Below the pieces are notes generated by a model. The model did not search any database and had not been told where the DNA came from. It saw only the letters and a program-made list of their open reading frames with translations. Both the position numbers and the translations under genes were made by a program. Shown here piece by piece: positions 15,204 to 17,240 of a stretch of DNA of 17,240 nucleotides; the stretch's first letter is position 1, and every line of letters starts with the position of its first letter. The stretch is from Candidatus Iainarchaeum sp. (lineage in GTDB: Archaea; Iainarchaeota; Iainarchaeia; Iainarchaeales; CSSED10-239). The stretch covers positions 1 through 17,240 of the forward strand of contig JAQVRT010000008.1 of assembly GCA_028700905.1 (NCBI GenBank), in the 5' to 3' direction.

Positions 15204-16853
15204 TTAAGAAAAATCAATCTCAAAACCACAAACAGGCATAGTATAGTTATGATTTTCTAAAACTTCTGGAGAAAACTCACCAATATGTCCAACTTCGTCA
15301 TCATTAATTATAACTGCAGCACTTCTTCCTTTAATATAAAAAGGATAATCTTTTTCTTTAAGTCTTAAAGTCTTACCTAAAACATTTGTTAAAGATAAAA
15401 GATATGAAGAGATTTCTGTAAAACTAATCTTAGAGTTTGCAATTACTGCTGCTAAATGAAGTTTATTTTCAGATAAAGTATCAAGCTCTTTATTTTCTAA
15501 AACAACATAATCACAAGCAAATAATTTTTGTGGAAAAGACTTATGTTGATTATTTGTTAAAGCTTTAAATAATTTAGGAATAATCCAATTACCAACAATA
15601 TTAATTGAACTTTCAGCACTAAAACCTAAAGGAATATATTTTTCTCCCTTTATATTAAAATTTTCAAAAGAATCTTTTTTTGAAGAAAGAATAAAAGGTA
15701 AAATTTCAATAAAACCCATACCTACCATTGAAGTTATTATTTGTTCTTGGAAAATAGACTCTTTTAATCTTTCTCCATTAAAGTGAACATCTGAGTATGT
15801 AGGAGTTATATTGTTTATAGCAAACCCTCTTAAAACATCATCTGCAATATCATTTTCATGAAGGATGTCTGTTCTAAAGATAGGAATTGTAACTTCTATT
15901 AAGTCATCTGATTGTTTATTACAAATAAACATCATTTTCTCTAAATTAGCTATAGCTTCTTTTAAAGTTAACTTAATTCCTAATAATTGATTTATATATT
16001 TTAAAGAAACAACCATTTTTCTTAAAGATACATCTGGAGAAATAATTTTTTTATCAAAATATTCAATTTCTAAAGAATAAACATCTCCTCCAAAATCTGC
16101 AAACATAGAAGTTAAAATATTCATTGTGTTTTTAAGTTTAGTTAAGTTTTGACCAGTACATTCTAAAAAAACTTCTTTTGTGCTTTCTAAGACTCTACCT
16201 GTCTCTTGAGAGTTAATGATTGGAGGCATTGAAAGTATTTTTTCATTAGAATCTTTAAAGAAAAGATATTTTTGTTTATCTTTAACTAAATAAGAATATT
16301 CTTGACCTGTAGGATGATTTTTAATAATATCAAAACCAGTCATTTCTTTTGTTTCTCCTAAAGGTATAAATTTTATATTTTCTGGAAAATCTGCCCTAAA
16401 AGTTATTGGAAAAGTTATTTTATCTAAAGGATAAACACCAATAGCAACAGATTTTCTTTTTCTACCATAAGTTAAGTGTAATTTTTCTTGAACATTTATT
16501 ATTTCTTTTATTTTTTCAGAATCTAAATTTAAATTTTTAACAATTGCACACATGGTATGATTACCATAATTAGTTGCAGATCTATCAACAATTACTTTTT
16601 GTTTAGAATCTTTTAAACTAAAAGGAGTGTATTTTTTTAAAGATAAATAACTTTCTAAAGCTCTTTTAAAACCTACAAAAGAAAGAAGATCTATTCTTTC
16701 AGCAGTAACTTCTATTTTTAAAAGATCTGTTTCTTTATCATAAGAATCTATCTCTAAACCAAAATCAAAAAGTATTTCTTCTAATTTTTCTAAAGATAAA
16801 TCTTTTCCAATTTCTTTTTTTAATCTATTAAATTCAAAATCTATTACTGCCAT
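15204..16853 (-). CDS. pheT: Phenylalanyl-tRNA synthetase beta subunit (archaeal type)
   Basis: The length of about 550 aa and the B1/B3-B4/B5 plus catalytic-like domain layout fit the archaeal type. The N-terminus reads 'MAVIDFEFNRLKKEIGKDLSLEKLEEILFDFGLEID'. It lies 6 nt downstream of pheS, with SD GAGTGA overlapping the pheS stop. Confidence 0.92.
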   Translation of the reverse strand: MAVIDFEFNRLKKEIGKDLSLEKLEEILFDFGLEIDSYDKETDLLKIEVTAERIDLLSFVGFKRALESYLSLKKYTPFSLKDSKQKVIVDRSATNYGNHTMCAIVKNLNLDSEKIKEIINVQEKLHLTYGRKRKSVAIGVYPLDKITFPITFRADFPENIKFIPLGETKEMTGFDIIKNHPTGQEYSYLVKDKQKYLFFKDSNEKILSMPPIINSQETGRVLESTKEVFLECTGQNLTKLKNTMNILTSMFADFGGDVYSLEIEYFDKKIISPDVSLRKMVVSLKYINQLLGIKLTLKEAIANLEKMMFICNKQSDDLIEVTIPIFRTDILHENDIADDVLRGFAINNITPTYSDVHFNGERLKESIFQEQIITSMVGMGFIEILPFILSSKKDSFENFNIKGEKYIPLGFSAESSINIVGNWIIPKLFKALTNNQHKSFPQKLFACDYVVLENKELDTLSENKLHLAAVIANSKISFTEISSYLLSLTNVLGKTLRLKEKDYPFYIKGRSAAVIINDDEVGHIGEFSPEVLENHNYTMPVCGFEIDFS

Positions 16854-16859
16854 GTTAAT

Positions 16860-17240
16860 TCACTCAAATTTTCTTTTAGGGATGATATAGTTTCTTAAAA
16901 AATCAATATCACAATCATCACCAAATACTTCCTTAATATTTCCTTTTTCTAAAAGAAGCATACCTATTCTTTCAATACCAATTCCCCAAGCAATTACATT
17001 ATTTTTAATACCATAAGGCTCTAAAGTTTCTTGTCTGAAAATACCAGAATTCATAATTTCTTTATAACTTTTTGATTTTTCAAAATATGCAAAAACTTCA
17101 ACACTTGGTTCTGTGTAAGGATTATAAGTTGGTTTAATTTTTATTTTTGTAATACCAAGTTTTGCTAAGAATTCTTTAATAAAACCAATTAAATCTGAAA
17201 GACCAATATTCTTTCCAATAACAAAACCTTCTGCTTGATA
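16860..17240 (-). CDS. pheS: Phenylalanyl-tRNA synthetase alpha subunit, 3' part (5' end lies beyond the window)
   Basis: The frame is open to the window edge. The translation reads YQAEGFVIGKNIGLSDLIGFIKEFL...KPTYNPYTEPSVEVFAY...GIFRQETLEPYGI...AWGIGIERIGML. These are the class II motif 2 end and motif 3 of PheRS-alpha. Confidence 0.9.
   Translation of the reverse strand, partial: YQAEGFVIGKNIGLSDLIGFIKEFLAKLGITKIKIKPTYNPYTEPSVEVFAYFEKSKSYKEIMNSGIFRQETLEPYGIKNNVIAWGIGIERIGMLLLEKGNIKEVFGDDCDIDFLRNYIIPKRKFE

Noticed and set aside
1-17240. CRISPR arrays, transposons/IS elements, integrases, toxin-antitoxin or restriction-modification genes
   Set aside because: I saw no regularly spaced direct repeats, no terminal inverted repeats flanking a transposase-like ORF, and no recognisable defence or mobility motifs in any of the translated ORFs.

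Overview
This is a very A+T-rich, gene-dense archaeal chromosome segment with short or negative intergenic spacers. The information-processing genes are archaeal-type: Spt5, SecE/Sec61-gamma, uL11, aIF5A, family-B DNA polymerase, two-subunit PheRS, type-2 methionine aminopeptidase and class I MetRS. FtsZ and a FlaI/PilB-family secretion ATPase are also present. A small-genome, low-GC (DPANN-like) archaeon is my inference and is not demonstrated. I support 18 CDS, including a 58-aa secE that the ORF track missed and two genes truncated by the window edges. I also support several hairpin plus oligo-T terminators and a recurring GGTGAT-type Shine-Dalgarno. All three stop codons are used as stops, so the standard code applies. 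I saw no rRNA, tRNA, CRISPR array, transposase/integrase or obvious defence genes. The window is mostly housekeeping, and I cannot point to a clear-cut novel system. Four things are most worth a second look. (1) A four-gene minus-strand operon has three uncharacterised secreted/membrane proteins wrapped around map and sits tail-to-tail with the pilus-type ATPase. (2) An in-frame pair of unknown genes (a 94-aa poly-lysine protein and a 226-aa protein) lies upstream of aIF5A. (3) The PolB keeps its catalytic and exonuclease motifs but has non-canonical nucleotide-pocket residues in motifs A and B. (4) A 240-nt structured intergenic region lies between pheT and metG, with a duplicated promoter-like 12-mer, a GC-rich terminator-like hairpin and two tiny ORFs. 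All family calls come from motifs I recognise by eye, and no searches were run.
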